Origin: Epithemia pelagica
Taxonomy: Eukaryota; Protista; Bacillariophyta
Direction of reading: 5' to 3'
DNA: 64,000 nucleotides
Assembly: GCA_946965045.2 (NCBI GenBank)
Contig: OX337233.1
Location: 248,001-312,000 of the forward strand
The position numbers were made by a program, and so were the translations under genes. Shown in pieces: positions 46,703 through 58,552 of this stretch; within the stretch, counting starts at the first letter, position 1, and the number at the start of each line of letters is the position of its first letter. The notes beneath the pieces were generated by a model. It was not told the DNA's origin. It was given only the letters and a program-made list of their open reading frames with translations, and did no database searches.

Positions 46703-47514
46703 TATCTTTTGGTCGACGACGAGAGGGAGAGAGCGACAGCATTATTTGTGATGATGAAGAGGTCCTTTTGTATGATGAATAGGTCAGTGCGAGGCACAAA
46801 GTGGAGGTAGAGTACTCTTGTGCGACAGTGTTGTAATCGTGCAACAAGGTTTCGACGGAACTGGCATTGAGGGGCAAGACATAACTTTGCACACTACGAT
46901 TGTTCTTGTTGATCCCCATGGACCGATACCCATGGACTGTCAACGAGCTACTAATACGGAGAGACTGATTGCTGTATTGACGCAAGTAAATTGCCAACCT
47001 CATGATAAAGACTTCATAAAGACGAGATGCTGTAGTGTAGGAAATATCGAACACTTCGGTGGCAAAAAATCCAAAGGATTTGCAAATGTCCTGTCACCCG
47101 AAACCACAAGCACCGAGAGACGGGGTACTGTCCTCACACGCAGGCATGGGCCATAGAAAGACCGGGCCCCACAATTGAACGCATGGTTGGAACGAAGACG
47201 ACCGTCCAAAACGAGTCACTGCGCCCAAGTGTTTCAGGCACGCAACCATAATCTTCCACAGCAAGATAACTCGACTCATTCACCAGCAGAGAGGCATGGT
47301 ACCATGGGCATCTATATCCAAGGCCTGGCTCCACTCCTGTTTGCGGTGTAATGCAGGATAGTGTAACTTTCGTTTTCTACTAGTACAACAGTGTACATTA
47401 TATCTCTATAGGTCGCAATGTCATAAAGAAAACAATCCAACTACTGTTTGAGAGTAAAATGATAATGCTAAAGTTCCGCTATTGTTACGACATACATGCA
47501 ATACGTTGCAAATT

Positions 47515-48717
47515 TCAAGTTCCATCCTTCCCTTCATCACCACGGCGTGTATTGGGCCTTGCGCGTTTATGAGCTGATGTCGAGGTGGAGAAGGGTGAAA
47601 TATCAGCATGTTGGATATTCATTCCTTCCCCAAAAAGACACCATCTGTTGGGCTGCTGCTCACAGAGTCGTTGAAAACACCACGTATGCTTGTCAAGTAG
47701 TGGTAATGTCGCACAGGTAGGGTTATGAAATCCTCCGATCACGGCAACTTGATTGGCAACAGTCACCATACTGCAGCCAACGCGGTGATATGCGAATGGT
47801 GGGAGATTCCAAACGCGGTTGCGGCGCGTATCCAAGACTTCCACGGTTGAATGGCCTTGTCCACCCGCCACCACCAGACACGATCCCACAGCAACCATTG
47901 CACAGGAACCTCGAAGTTCGGAAAGCCTCAACTCCGAATGAGCGGTCCAAGTGTGTGAGGAAGAAATGAACGTTGAGCCAGTCTCTTTTTGTGTCTCATC
48001 ACTGTCACAGGGTGTTGCATAGTCCAAATACTCCAACGAGTCAAGATGGCCATTATAGTTATGCCCCCCAACGACAAAGATGCGGTGGCCAATGACCGCA
48101 CTGGCACAAAATTGTCGTGGAACAGTCATGGATGGTCCGGCAATGACAGTGTGGCTGTTTGTATCTATAATATCCACCGACGACAAATAACGATTGCTGT
48201 ATCCACCCATTACAACGATGTATCGGTTGTGAACCGCGACAGCACAACACCCATGTCGTCCAGATGATAACCGGCATGTCAATGTCGTCCAATGGCTCGC
48301 ACGTGTGCTACCTGTTGTCAAAGATGATTGAAACAAATCATTCAAGTCAATTCGTTCCAGACAATCCAAACTTGAATCTCGATGGCGTCCTCCTATCACG
48401 TAGACTCTTCCATTGCACACAACAGCGGCAGGTCCAACGCGTTCCTGGTTCATGGGTGGCCCTTCTCGCCACTGTTTGTTCGGTTCTGCTAGATTCAATG
48501 CAAGAACGGAGTTGACATAGCCTTGGCCTTGTTTGAATCCTCCCAACACGACGACGGTTTGCTCCTTGTTGTTATCGGTACGATTCAGTACGACGGAAGC
48601 ATGATAGTAACGCCATCCACCCTCAAGAGGAGGCCAGTCCTCGAAATTCCATTCAGGTGTCTCTTCCAAAAGTACAAGGCCCGACTGCCATGCTTGTTCT
48701 TTCACTGTCGTTGTCAT
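47515..48717 (-). CDS. Kelch-repeat protein, copy K9 (400 aa from MTTTVKEQAW)
   Basis: Six Kelch repeats, intact. Confidence 0.95.
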   Translation of the reverse strand: MTTTVKEQAWQSGLVLLEETPEWNFEDWPPLEGGWRYYHASVVLNRTDNNKEQTVVVLGGFKQGQGYVNSVLALNLAEPNKQWREGPPMNQERVGPAAVVCNGRVYVIGGRHRDSSLDCLERIDLNDLFQSSLTTGSTRASHWTTLTCRLSSGRHGCCAVAVHNRYIVVMGGYSNRYLSSVDIIDTNSHTVIAGPSMTVPRQFCASAVIGHRIFVVGGHNYNGHLDSLEYLDYATPCDSDETQKETGSTFISSSHTWTAHSELRLSELRGSCAMVAVGSCLVVAGGQGHSTVEVLDTRRNRVWNLPPFAYHRVGCSMVTVANQVAVIGGFHNPTCATLPLLDKHTWCFQRLCEQQPNRWCLFGEGMNIQHADISPFSTSTSAHKRARPNTRRGDEGKDGT

Positions 48718-48826
48718 GATCCCAATGTCGACAAGAAATGGCAGCATGAGAGCGGGTCTATTTGTATAATAGAGCAACGCGTGGAAGTGGAAGCTTTGCT
48801 TTTTTGCGTGGAGACCGGCGCGCGTG

Positions 48827-48979
48827 TAAGAAAACCCGTCCGTTGAGCATACGGAGCACCGTCATGGGTGCACGGGTACAAAAGTCATTCCAAACAAAGA
48901 AGTGAACTAAAATATAGGTTACAGAGTCACTACTCCCTATCTTGTCGATTTTCATACGTACGACATACATACTTTCTTA
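48827..48979 (-). repeat. 3' LTR (153 bp)
   Basis: TAAGAAAACCC...CATACTTTCTTA, identical by eye to 55055-55207. A short PPT-like TGAGGGGAC abuts it on the minus strand (48980-48988). Confidence 0.95.
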
Positions 48980-49108
48980 GTCCCCTCAAACAGTACTCGA
49001 CCCAATTGAGAACTGTTTGCCATCCCAGTAGTAAGTGTATTCGGGCCAACTAGCCCAGGAAACCTCAAGACCTGCACAAAACCTCATAAACAATGATGAG
49101 GAAAGGAC

Positions 49109-50040
49109 TCACTCTGGGGATCCATGATCATCAGTAATATCCCAAAGGACCAGACTCAACAAATGATTGCGTTTCTGTCCTCCTGGAATCACCTTGGTGG
49201 CCAAATCGGCTGGATTATGCTGCGTGGGAATATGTGTAGTCAACAATTCACCCATGGCAACGGCTTCTCTGACAGCATGATAGCAAATAGAATTGGACTT
49301 CTTCTTCAGCGATGATTCCGGCTTCGATGTATTATGAATCACGGACATGTTATCACCATAAAGATATGTAGGACCAGACAACGGCACTCCCATCATCCGT
49401 AATTTGTAGCGTAGTCCCCTGACGGCCTCCATGCCCGTCTTCATTGCGACAAACTCAGCTCCAAAAACGGATGTTTCGATGGTCGCTTGTCGCTTGGTAT
49501 ACCACATAATAGGTGCCATATTCATAAAGATGAAGAATCCAGTTCTAGATCGCCGTACCATCTTGTCACCAGCATGATCCGAGTCAACATACAGCCGCAG
49601 ATCCACTTCTTTACCACGTGCCTTTGGTGCATTCGGTGGAACTGCCTCCTTTACATCGCCGTAGAACTCCTTCCAGTCGCAATCTTCACGAAATTCTCGG
49701 AGGTCTATCTCGGGATAGGTCGGATCAAATGCCATCCTGGCATTGTGCTTGATTTTCAAATAGGAATACATATGGAACACTGCTTCCAAATGTCCTTGTC
49801 GTGGACTTGCCACTTGGGATGCTAACAATGATGTTTCGGTCATGATATCCACCCTTCCCAGTTCAACCATCCATCTGAAGACGCCAATCTGGGACTGGTA
49901 GAACGACACCTCGTCTTCATTCAGTTGATCTGTCACGTCCAGAACTGGGTCATATTCTGATGGGAACGGAGTCGCCGCGCGTTTTGCGAGCTTGCGGCCG
50001 CCACACTCGCGTTCCAAATACGTCTCAACATTCGAAAAGC
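49109..50040 (-). CDS. pol: Copia pol C-terminal part: end of RT and RNase H
   Basis: YQSQIGVFRWMVELGRVDI, LYVDSDHAGD..RRSRTG, ETSVFGAEFVAM, YGDNMSVI and NPADLATK. Separated from upstream pol by a 1-nt deletion near 50037 (SKYVQEA/SNVETYL). Confidence 0.9.
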
Positions 50041-53000
50041 TTCTTGTACATACTTGCTCGAACTTATAGCCCAACTGACAACGGAATTGGGCATGGTCAT
50101 GGGCTTAAGCTTCCCTCCAAGGTACATGTCAGGATTTCCGATCGAGCCCGGCTTCATAGGGAAGAAATGATCTAACTTGTGTAACATCGCAGTCGCATCG
50201 TGCGATATGGCCAAGACATTGTCTACGTACAGCAATACATAGGCGTAGTACTTGTGACCGTCACTCGGACGTGTCATAGGCTTCATCCGCAAGTCTCGAT
50301 CAGCACCCAAGCACGGATCGTACCCAAGAGTTCTCATACAACTCGCAAGGTGGTTGCGGAAACTTGCACCGGCACTCTTTAACCCATACAATGCTCGTAC
50401 AATATATGCACGCTTCCCAGCGTTGGACCCGAACTCGGGGCACAGTGCAGTCCAGATTTTCTCACTGTTCGGCGCAGTTAAATAAGCATTCTTGATGTCG
50501 GACGTTTTGACCTCTAGGTCGTTGAGAGCGGCAATAGTGAGGGCAATACGAACACTTTCTCGAGATACAACACTGGCATAAGTCAATGTTGCTGGTGCCT
50601 CTGTTGTGTGTCCGCCCGCTACAAACCGTGCTTTTCTCCTGAAATCTTCCATTTTTGCGTCGAAAACCATGTGGCATCGGATCTCCTGGAAGCCAGGAGC
50701 TGGTTTCTCGTCGTCTTCCATCAACTTGAACGCCACTCGAACAGCTTCCATCTCTTTCTCGATGGCCTTTCGCCGCAAGTCGTTGCCGTTCCTTCTGTCA
50801 AGTTTGTATGCTTCGGCAACAGTCTTGGGGATTTCGATCCCAAACTTGTGCGTCCGCTTGTGGTAGCGGCTGTTGACGGCGGCGAGTATCCGATCTCGTC
50901 GTCGGAGGAATTTACTCACCCACCAATCAAACGCTGGCTCGTTTTCAATCTGCTTTGCGATGGCGTACTCCGCCACTTCAATCGGATTTGATTCCTTCAG
51001 TCCGGCCAGGCGCTCCCAGGACGTTGATCCGTCGCGCCACTGGACGCACAACTCCCACCCTTTCGTCGTCTTCTTCCTGTGCTTCCGTCCTCGGACAACA
51101 ACGTAGCGGTTATCGTGGTCGACAGCGGCTTTGGTCTTGCGATGGTCAACAATGCTGTCCAACAGCAAGAATTGGTTTCCCTCGGCATCGCACTGCGCAT
51201 ACATATTTTCCGCGATGACATTCGCGGCATACTCAGACGTCTCGCCGTCTGGAAACTCAACAACATAAACTCTCGAGTCTAGGATCGGGTTGTGGGACGA
51301 CGTCCCCTTGAGACGGCCATCGCTGGTCTTGGACCGTCTTTTCACCTTGCCCGTCACCATTGCATCACCCTTCGGCAACAAGACGTCGGCTCCAACGTAG
51401 TTATCGTAGGTGTCTGGTGTGATGTCGTCAATGTCGGGTGCAATCGGTGGCTTGGGGTCATCATCGTCTTCATACGCCTCGTAGGTCGGCGTTTCCACAT
51501 CAACTAGACCATCGTAGTCTTCGACTTTAGCTACAATGCCTAACTTCTCGTTGACCTTGCTCGTGTAGTCTTTTCTCTTCTCTATTTCAGTCGGGTCACG
51601 GATTTCGTCGTCCGTCAGATGTCGGTAGGTCGAGCGAATCTTGATCATTCCTGACTCGGCTAGGATCTTAATTGCATGTGCGGGTCCCATGTCCGTCGCA
51701 GGACCTAGGTACCTACCCAGTTTCTCCTTGTCTTCCGGGTAGTTGGCCGCTGAGTCGTAGTAATAAACCCAGTCGTACCACCCATATCCAGCCAAGAGTG
51801 ACATGTCAAAGGTCTCCCCGTACATTGCCGTTTCCGGGATTTGACCTGACAGCTCGAAATTACTATGACATGTAGCCGATCTGATATAGGCTTCCAACTC
51901 GAGGCAATGATCCCACAATACCTTGGGAGATTTAGTTGAGACCATTTTCCGTCCAGTACCACGCTTCAACTCCCTAATTGCACTCTCAGCCGCATTTGCC
52001 CATGGAGTATAGGGCTCCAACTGTTTCACTCGACAACCAGCCTCTCTAGACTTCTTCCTGAACTTGCCCTTGACCTGTTCCGCGGCACCATCCATGATTA
52101 GTTCCGGTGGACGGCCTTCCCTCTGGAGCAACAACGACAAAGCTTCGTGTGCATCGCCTTTCGAGGCCAGAGGGTACGCTCTAGTCCATCCATTCCTTGC
52201 CGTGAAGACTTGGGCACAAGTATTACCCAGCCTAGACTTCACCTTCGAAAACATAGTGTCCGTGAATAAGGGATGAGGCAATGGCCGGTATCGGTGAAAC
52301 CGGTCGTTCGTCGTGAACCTCTTGGTCAGGGGGTTCAATGTGGTACGTAGACCACGTTGCGTCGTCACTCGAAGGGTATCCGCTGCACGTTCCAATCCAC
52401 ATCCCCATCGACGTGCCAAAGTCTTGGCATCGATAGCTTTTCCAGAAGGGGCAGTTTGTGTAACGGAAAGAGTCGCCACGCGTGCTTGCAGAGCAGTCGC
52501 GAAGCATGCGGTTTCCGACGGTCGCGAATCAGAAAGCAAAGTCGTGAAAGGGTCATTGGGTCCCCTTGAGCGAACGGTGGAAATCAATCGTTGGAGGGCC
52601 GCTCGGGCCGACATTTCATCCCGAGCGAAAGAGTCATCTTGGGGGTCCCACGGCGGGTCGGGACTAGTCAAATCAAAGCGACGACATGAAGCATATTCGT
52701 CGGAAGTGGGGGTCCTTGTAGGGAAATAGGAAGTGACACCACATAAATCAAGGGGTATCACAAAATCCTCATCGTCCTGATCTTTCAGGACCAGTGCGTG
52801 TGTCTTATTGTCGGGATTATTGGTCAAGAATTTCGGTTGGTCCGAAACTTGCACGTCATTCATCCACAACTGCATAGGGCACAGGAGGTTGTGAGTAAGC
52901 GATGGTATAGAAATGGCCTGGTTCACGAGTAGGATCAATACTTCACCGGTATCGGGGCAATCGTAAGCTAGAGCCGCACTTATAGTCTTGCAACTCTTGT

Positions 53001-53140
53001 GAACCACGCCCTGAGAAGAATCATATCCCTTGACATCCACAGGGCGGCCATAGTCCTGTACAACCATCGCAGACCTTCCAACAACACAAGCTCGGTACGA
53101 GACTCGCCCTCGTCGGACGTGTCAACCGCACCGACACGCA
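49933..53140 (-). CDS. pol: Copia pol: protease remnant, integrase, chromo-like insert, RT (defective)
   Basis: Integrase D,D,E (FTDTMF, LIMDGA, WANAAESAIRELK). RT motifs CHMVFDAK..RKARFVAGGH, DIKNAYL, ALYGLKSAG and LLYVDNVL (YVDD changed to YVDN). The protease SRTEL..CVVG lacks its Asp motif. Confidence 0.9.
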
Positions 53141-53156
53141 CTGAGCGGACCACCGC

Positions 53157-54209
53157 TCATTTCCGTGATTTCTTCTGGCGGGTTAGCGCCGGATTGTCGC
53201 GATTCGACTCGGGCTTGCGCTTTCCCGCAGGCTTGGCATCATCATCAGAACTATCGGACGATGAGCCAGGATGTACGCCCTGCTGGCGTAATCCTTCCAA
53301 GATCGCGTGTTGATTCACGTGAATCTTACAGTATTTCTCGAAGTTGAACCGCTTATGTTCACCGTTGTAACTCGTGTTCATAAGTTTCCGTTCAGCTTCG
53401 TTGGCCAAATTATTCGCGTTGTTCGGCCCTAAGTAATGGTCAAACAAGGCTTGATAAGCCGCTCGCCCGTCGCGATTTCGGCTTGCCTTGCGGATGTAGG
53501 TGGAACAATCCATCCGTTCGCACATAGCGGACAAACGGATCCAAACCTTGGCTCGATCCTGCAAGTACTGACGGGTAAAACCGTCGTTCGGTCCGTTTCC
53601 AACACGGTGACGAGCGCGTGCAATCATCTCGGCCTCGTCGGACTCAAGTCCGCCTTGCGGGTCAGCTCCGGGAAATTCGTCCGTCCGGATCACGTACGCC
53701 AAAGGTATACCGGACGTGCCTTGGCACTCGGCGAAGTACTCCTTAATCAACTCGATGTTCCGCGGCCAGTCACGATTGTCGAGCTCGGGTGCTTCCGGAT
53801 CATCGTGCATGGTCTCATATTCTTTGAGGTCTCGCATAGGGCGAATGTTCGCCATCGTCAAATCGTTCGGCGTGGTGGCCCGATCGATGCGGATACGGTG
53901 GCGGACAAAGTAACATGCCAACTTGAGATTCGTCTCGGCTAGGATCGAAACCTCAAAGCCTGGATTAGGGACAGGCGGCGGAGCTGCCACTCCTGCCGCA
54001 GCGGCAGGAGGAGCTTGGATACCACCGGGGCGACGGACGGCCTTACAGAGATTAGTGACGCCGTCGTCGTCCAAGTCGCGGAGATCTTCGATCGAGGAGA
54101 GTCCTTGGCGGTCCACAAGGTACTGGGATGCCGGGTTGGAGAACTGGAGGCGGATGAACGCCTGGCACATTGCAGCTGGAGCGGCCATGGTAATCAAAAC
54201 AACAATCAA
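53157..54209 (-). CDS. gag: Copia Gag, 350 aa, possibly internally deleted
   Basis: CoDi-type gag motifs (AVRRPGG, GTSGIPLAYVIR, YLQDRAKVW, DGRAAYQALFDHYLG, FNFEKYCKIH) and terminal NRDNPALTRQ. Confidence 0.85.
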   Translation of the reverse strand: MIVVLITMAAPAAMCQAFIRLQFSNPASQYLVDRQGLSSIEDLRDLDDDGVTNLCKAVRRPGGIQAPPAAAAGVAAPPPVPNPGFEVSILAETNLKLACYFVRHRIRIDRATTPNDLTMANIRPMRDLKEYETMHDDPEAPELDNRDWPRNIELIKEYFAECQGTSGIPLAYVIRTDEFPGADPQGGLESDEAEMIARARHRVGNGPNDGFTRQYLQDRAKVWIRLSAMCERMDCSTYIRKASRNRDGRAAYQALFDHYLGPNNANNLANEAERKLMNTSYNGEHKRFNFEKYCKIHVNQHAILEGLRQQGVHPGSSSDSSDDDAKPAGKRKPESNRDNPALTRQKKSRK

Positions 54210-55041
54210 CTCGTAACTTCTTGAAACACTTCCTCAAAAGTGAGCTTTCCAAGACGAGTTTTGCCATGATTTTAATCCATTACCTACGTAGAACCACTAC
54301 TGGGTTGCACACAATCCTTGATTGTTGCTCAAAATCGGTCGTGCCAGACCTAACCCACATGATCTTGGCCCTAATTGGCTAGATCCACATAGGAGCCCGG
54401 AAAAGTCTTTTCGTCGGTTCCACAAGACACCCGAACCACGTCTAGGTATATTTTGTCCTGCAGTGGAAGGCCTCACATGGAGCTAAGCTCATGTGCTCTC
54501 GGCCAGAGGGATAACAAACCGCAAAATGTGAGACAAGTCCCAAACGGTTGCGATGCGACACTGTACTTATTCCAAAATTCAGCACTGTGCAACAATGAGT
54601 ACCCCCCTTCCGTTGAGAAGGCTGTTTCGGACACATGCCCCCATTTCATCCACATGAAGACTGGTCCCAGGAATATTCTCCGGACCATTTTCCCAGGGTA
54701 AAATGCGAATCACACATATAACTGGTTTTGGGATGCGTTCTGATTTCGAATTCCGCAACCATGGCGGATCTGGTTCACTGGGATGGATCCAGTAGGGAAG
54801 ACCGTCGCCATTCCCCCAGTCTGCGCACCTTTTCGCAGACAACGGTAGCGCCAAACAACAGTAACGTACCATTATCATTGTGCCTGCACGAGCCCATTCA
54901 CAGGTGCAATAGGTCAGCCAATGAGCCCCGACAGTTGGGTTATATCTGTCGGTTTGCCTTATAGGCTTGGGGCATTACGCCAACGGTCGCAGCCATCTGT
55001 CCAGGCATTGGACCGTCTACTTCCATGTTATCGACCGGTTT

Positions 55042-55054
55042 GGGTCTGATAAAC
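55042..55054 (-). promoter_or_regulatory. Putative primer-binding site GTTTATCAGACCC
   Basis: Immediately follows the 5' LTR on the element strand and resembles the tRNA-iMet PBS TGGTATCAGAGC but is degenerate. Confidence 0.45.
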
Positions 55055-55207
55055 TAAGAAAACCCGTCCGTTGAGCATACGGAGCACCGTCATGGGTGCA
55101 CGGGTACAAAAGTCATTCCAAACAAAGAAGTGAACTAAAATATAGGTTACAGAGTCACTACTCCCTATCTTGTCGATTTTCATACGTACGACATACATAC
55201 TTTCTTA
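55055..55207 (-). repeat. 5' LTR (153 bp)
   Basis: Identical by eye to 48827-48979; 7-bp terminal inverted repeat TAAGAAA...TTTCTTA. Confidence 0.95.
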
Positions 55208-58200
55208 CGTGGAGACAGAAAAGGTGTGCCTGTCCTGCGTACGATGGTGAAGGGCAGTCAATCGCACATAGATTTCATGACAAGCCCCCAAAAGTATCTT
55301 TTGCTGTAAAAGATACGACGACGAGGGAGAGAGAGAGAGCGACATTTGTGATGAAGAGTCCTTTTGTATGATGAATAGGTCCACAGATTGACAATCCCTA
55401 ATTTCCAAGTCATCTCGTCCCACGCCATTTATGGAGCAACACCATTCTTCCCTTGGTCCTATACAGTCTGTTCACAACGACAGCAACAACAGAGAGAGTG
55501 GTCCTCTCTTGACTTCTTGATCCAATGATTCGAATGTGCACCGCTCATTGGGTTGTTTTCGAGAATGTCACGTGGATTTGGTTGGACCGCAAAGGTTGGT
55601 CCTGTGGCAGACGCGTATTGCACTGGTTCAAGGGCCTCCATTCGCCAAGGTGGGTGTCAGGACCGGTGCTACATTTGCCAATGGGTGATGGTGTTGTCTC
55701 GATTGAAAACCACAAGAGTTCAAGAAGGAAAAAACTAGACCGGATGAGTCGTCGCTTGGATGCACCTGGCGTCGAGAACGTACAAGAGTTTTGTGTGTCA
55801 GGCTATGTCAAATTGCCGGTGTCAAACCACTAATGACGAAAATACACCGTTGCAACAATAGAGGCCCTTGGAAATTGCAGGATGAAACTGACAGATTCGA
55901 GAGTTGCATTCTTGTGGGTCCTTTCGAAAAACATCCAGTTCCGCGATTTCTGAAACAGAGGTGGTAGGACAACGGCAAAAACAGGAACTAGACAATGACA
56001 GAGTGGCGTTGTCCAATGCCAGTGTGTTCTCTGACATGAAACATCGAACGCGAACATGGATATCGACTGTGAATCCAAACCTGATAGCAGCAGCAGCGGT
56101 AACATTGCAGTTTGAGTATGGCTCGATCGACTCTCTGGTGTTTACTGGCCTGGAGTTTGGTCCTTAGTTTGACAACACCCGACAAGCTTCAAGCAATGTC
56201 CTTGTCGATGCAAGGACGGCAACCAGAATGCATCTCTTCAGCCAACGTGACGCAAGTGTGCTTTCGTATGATGAAGAGGTCCACAGATGGCCAATCCAAC
56301 ATCCAACATCCACTGAGTCGATATCCCTAGTTTCCAAGTCATCTCTCGTCCAAAGCCTTTTATGGAGCGCCATTGTTCCCGTGGTCATGCGGACTGTGCA
56401 CAATGACAGCAACAACAACAACAGAGAGTGGTCTTCTTGACTTCTTGATCCAAAATGATTCGAATGGGCATCGCTTTGTGACGGAACCAAGGCCACAAGC
56501 ACAACTACGCCAAAACGAGAATCTGACGACAAGATGGACCAGAAGGAACATGTCATTCATCCCATTATGACTCGCATCAGGTGTTGCATTAGCTCGCAGC
56601 AGAAGCCTGCATTCGAGGAGACAAGGCAGTAAGACCACAAACAAGAGTATATGTTAGTATCGAGCCCGAAGAGAAGACCGTTCATTGACAAGATGGAGTG
56701 ACTGAACTGATAAGACAAGACGGCGACAAGAATCGCAAATTCTCAAGAATGAGCAAATTGGCGGTTCACATTCCAGATCTCGAATGACTAGACATCAGAT
56801 CCCCGAAAACAAACGATGCAGTACCATCATACATGCTAGCCAGCCAGAACACGGCAAACAGGACGAAGAGAAGGACACTGACAAAAATGAAGATAGTAGC
56901 TCCGACGAACGGAGGAGCAAGATTAACAGTCCAATTGCAAGAACATTTCTGGCGCTTCTTGCAGTGTCGCTTCCCGTTCCTCCACAAAGGCGAGAATAGG
57001 GTACCGCGATGGTTTTTGAACCAACAACAGAAGACAAGTTCCATTGAACAACTGTCGACCTGGTAGTGCCAGTCGAGAGACTAGTTCCTTCCACTTGCTT
57101 CTCAACGACAGTTCCATTCCGTCTTTGCTCAATCAACAATCATTCGTTCTTCACATGACGACGAGGAATGTAGAGAAGCAGCAACCAACCATGCTCGATT
57201 TCCAAAAAGAACCATCAGAGAAGCGGACTACAGGGTCCGCAAGGTTTCGTCATTCGTGCTTTTACTCCTCCGTCTCGTCCTTTTGTCGGATTCATCGACC
57301 ACGACCATGAACCAAGCCAAAACATGGAGCACGACCAGATGTCGAAGCTTATGGTTCGTGGAGGAAAGGAGCAAAGACAATGCAGTCACTTGATTGTACT
57401 ACGATATGTTGACGACAACATACAACAACAACAACCAATTACACCCAAACAACAACAGCAAGAACAACCATCCTGCTCTTTCATCAAGGAGCATGACAAG
57501 AAAAGAAAAATCATGATTCCCGATCCACCAACAGGACCGAAACAACAACAACAACAATCGTCGGATGCACAACAGGCATCCCGTTTTGTCCTCCCTCTCG
57601 TAGGAGTGAATGATTGGTTTTGATCGATCATCGGCAATTGGTGTGGACCAAAGAACGACTACCACGACAAGTTGGTTATTTTGGAACAGGGTCCACCAGC
57701 ACCCCAGACTGAAACGACTGACACAGTAGCACAACCACTACCTTTACGGCGTCGAGTGATTTGTCGCTCCAACAAGGAGGAACCAACCACAAGAGGAACA
57801 AGCCGATGCGGCAAGAACCGCCAGGACTACACATGCTTCTTTACTCAAACCAGACAAGAAGTCCACCAATATCAAAACCAATTACTGCGGAGACTCTCCC
57901 TCGGTGTTCTTCAAGTATTGTTTGGATGGTAACAAATGATCCACCAATGGTCGTGGTCCACAGCAAAACTGTGTCGTAGCAACAGCATCCCAAGCCAAGA
58001 AAGAAAGGATGGAACACCCTTGACAGACACGGCAACCACAATGTCAAAAAACCATGCCTGAATTTGCCCGGTCACGAACCCTAAAAGTACTCTTCACTGC
58101 TCAATCGTAGTGGACACAAAATGGCGACCAACCGTATTGCCCTTGGCTACGACATCGATGCGAAACTCGTCCTTTCTGGAGTGCACCACTGTCGGCTTCC

Positions 58201-58552
58201 GGCGTCCCTGCCATATACCTACCGATCCATGGACAATGTCTCTGTGTCCTGTAACAAGTGCCATGATGCCACCACAAAGCCCTAGATTCTTGTCTTACGG
58301 TCGCACAACCACAGTGGTGGCACTACCACTTGTAGAGACAAAAAAATTGGTCGTTCTTTCCACATCTTTGACATCAAGCAAGCACGTTCTATCTTGCACA
58401 ACATGTTCTTTCTACTTTTGAGAAACTACCTACTAGGTTCTAGGATTGCAATCGAATGTAAAAAACAAGTCAACCACTCGAGAAATAAACGGCTAGGCTT
58501 CATCATTCCCTATATCATTTTGGCATGTATTGGGCCTTGCTCGTTTACGAGC

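Larger units (their letters stand above)
48827..55207 (-). mobile_element. Ty1/copia LTR retrotransposon (CoDi-like), 6,381 bp, defective
   Basis: Two 153-bp LTRs; gag, then PR-IN-RT-RH (copia order); CGTG duplicated at 48823-48826 and 55208-55211. Confidence 0.95.

Noticed and set aside
46191-47054. 287-aa minus-strand ORF
   Set aside because: It runs across the transposon's right TIR into two different host modules, so it is a chance chimeric frame.
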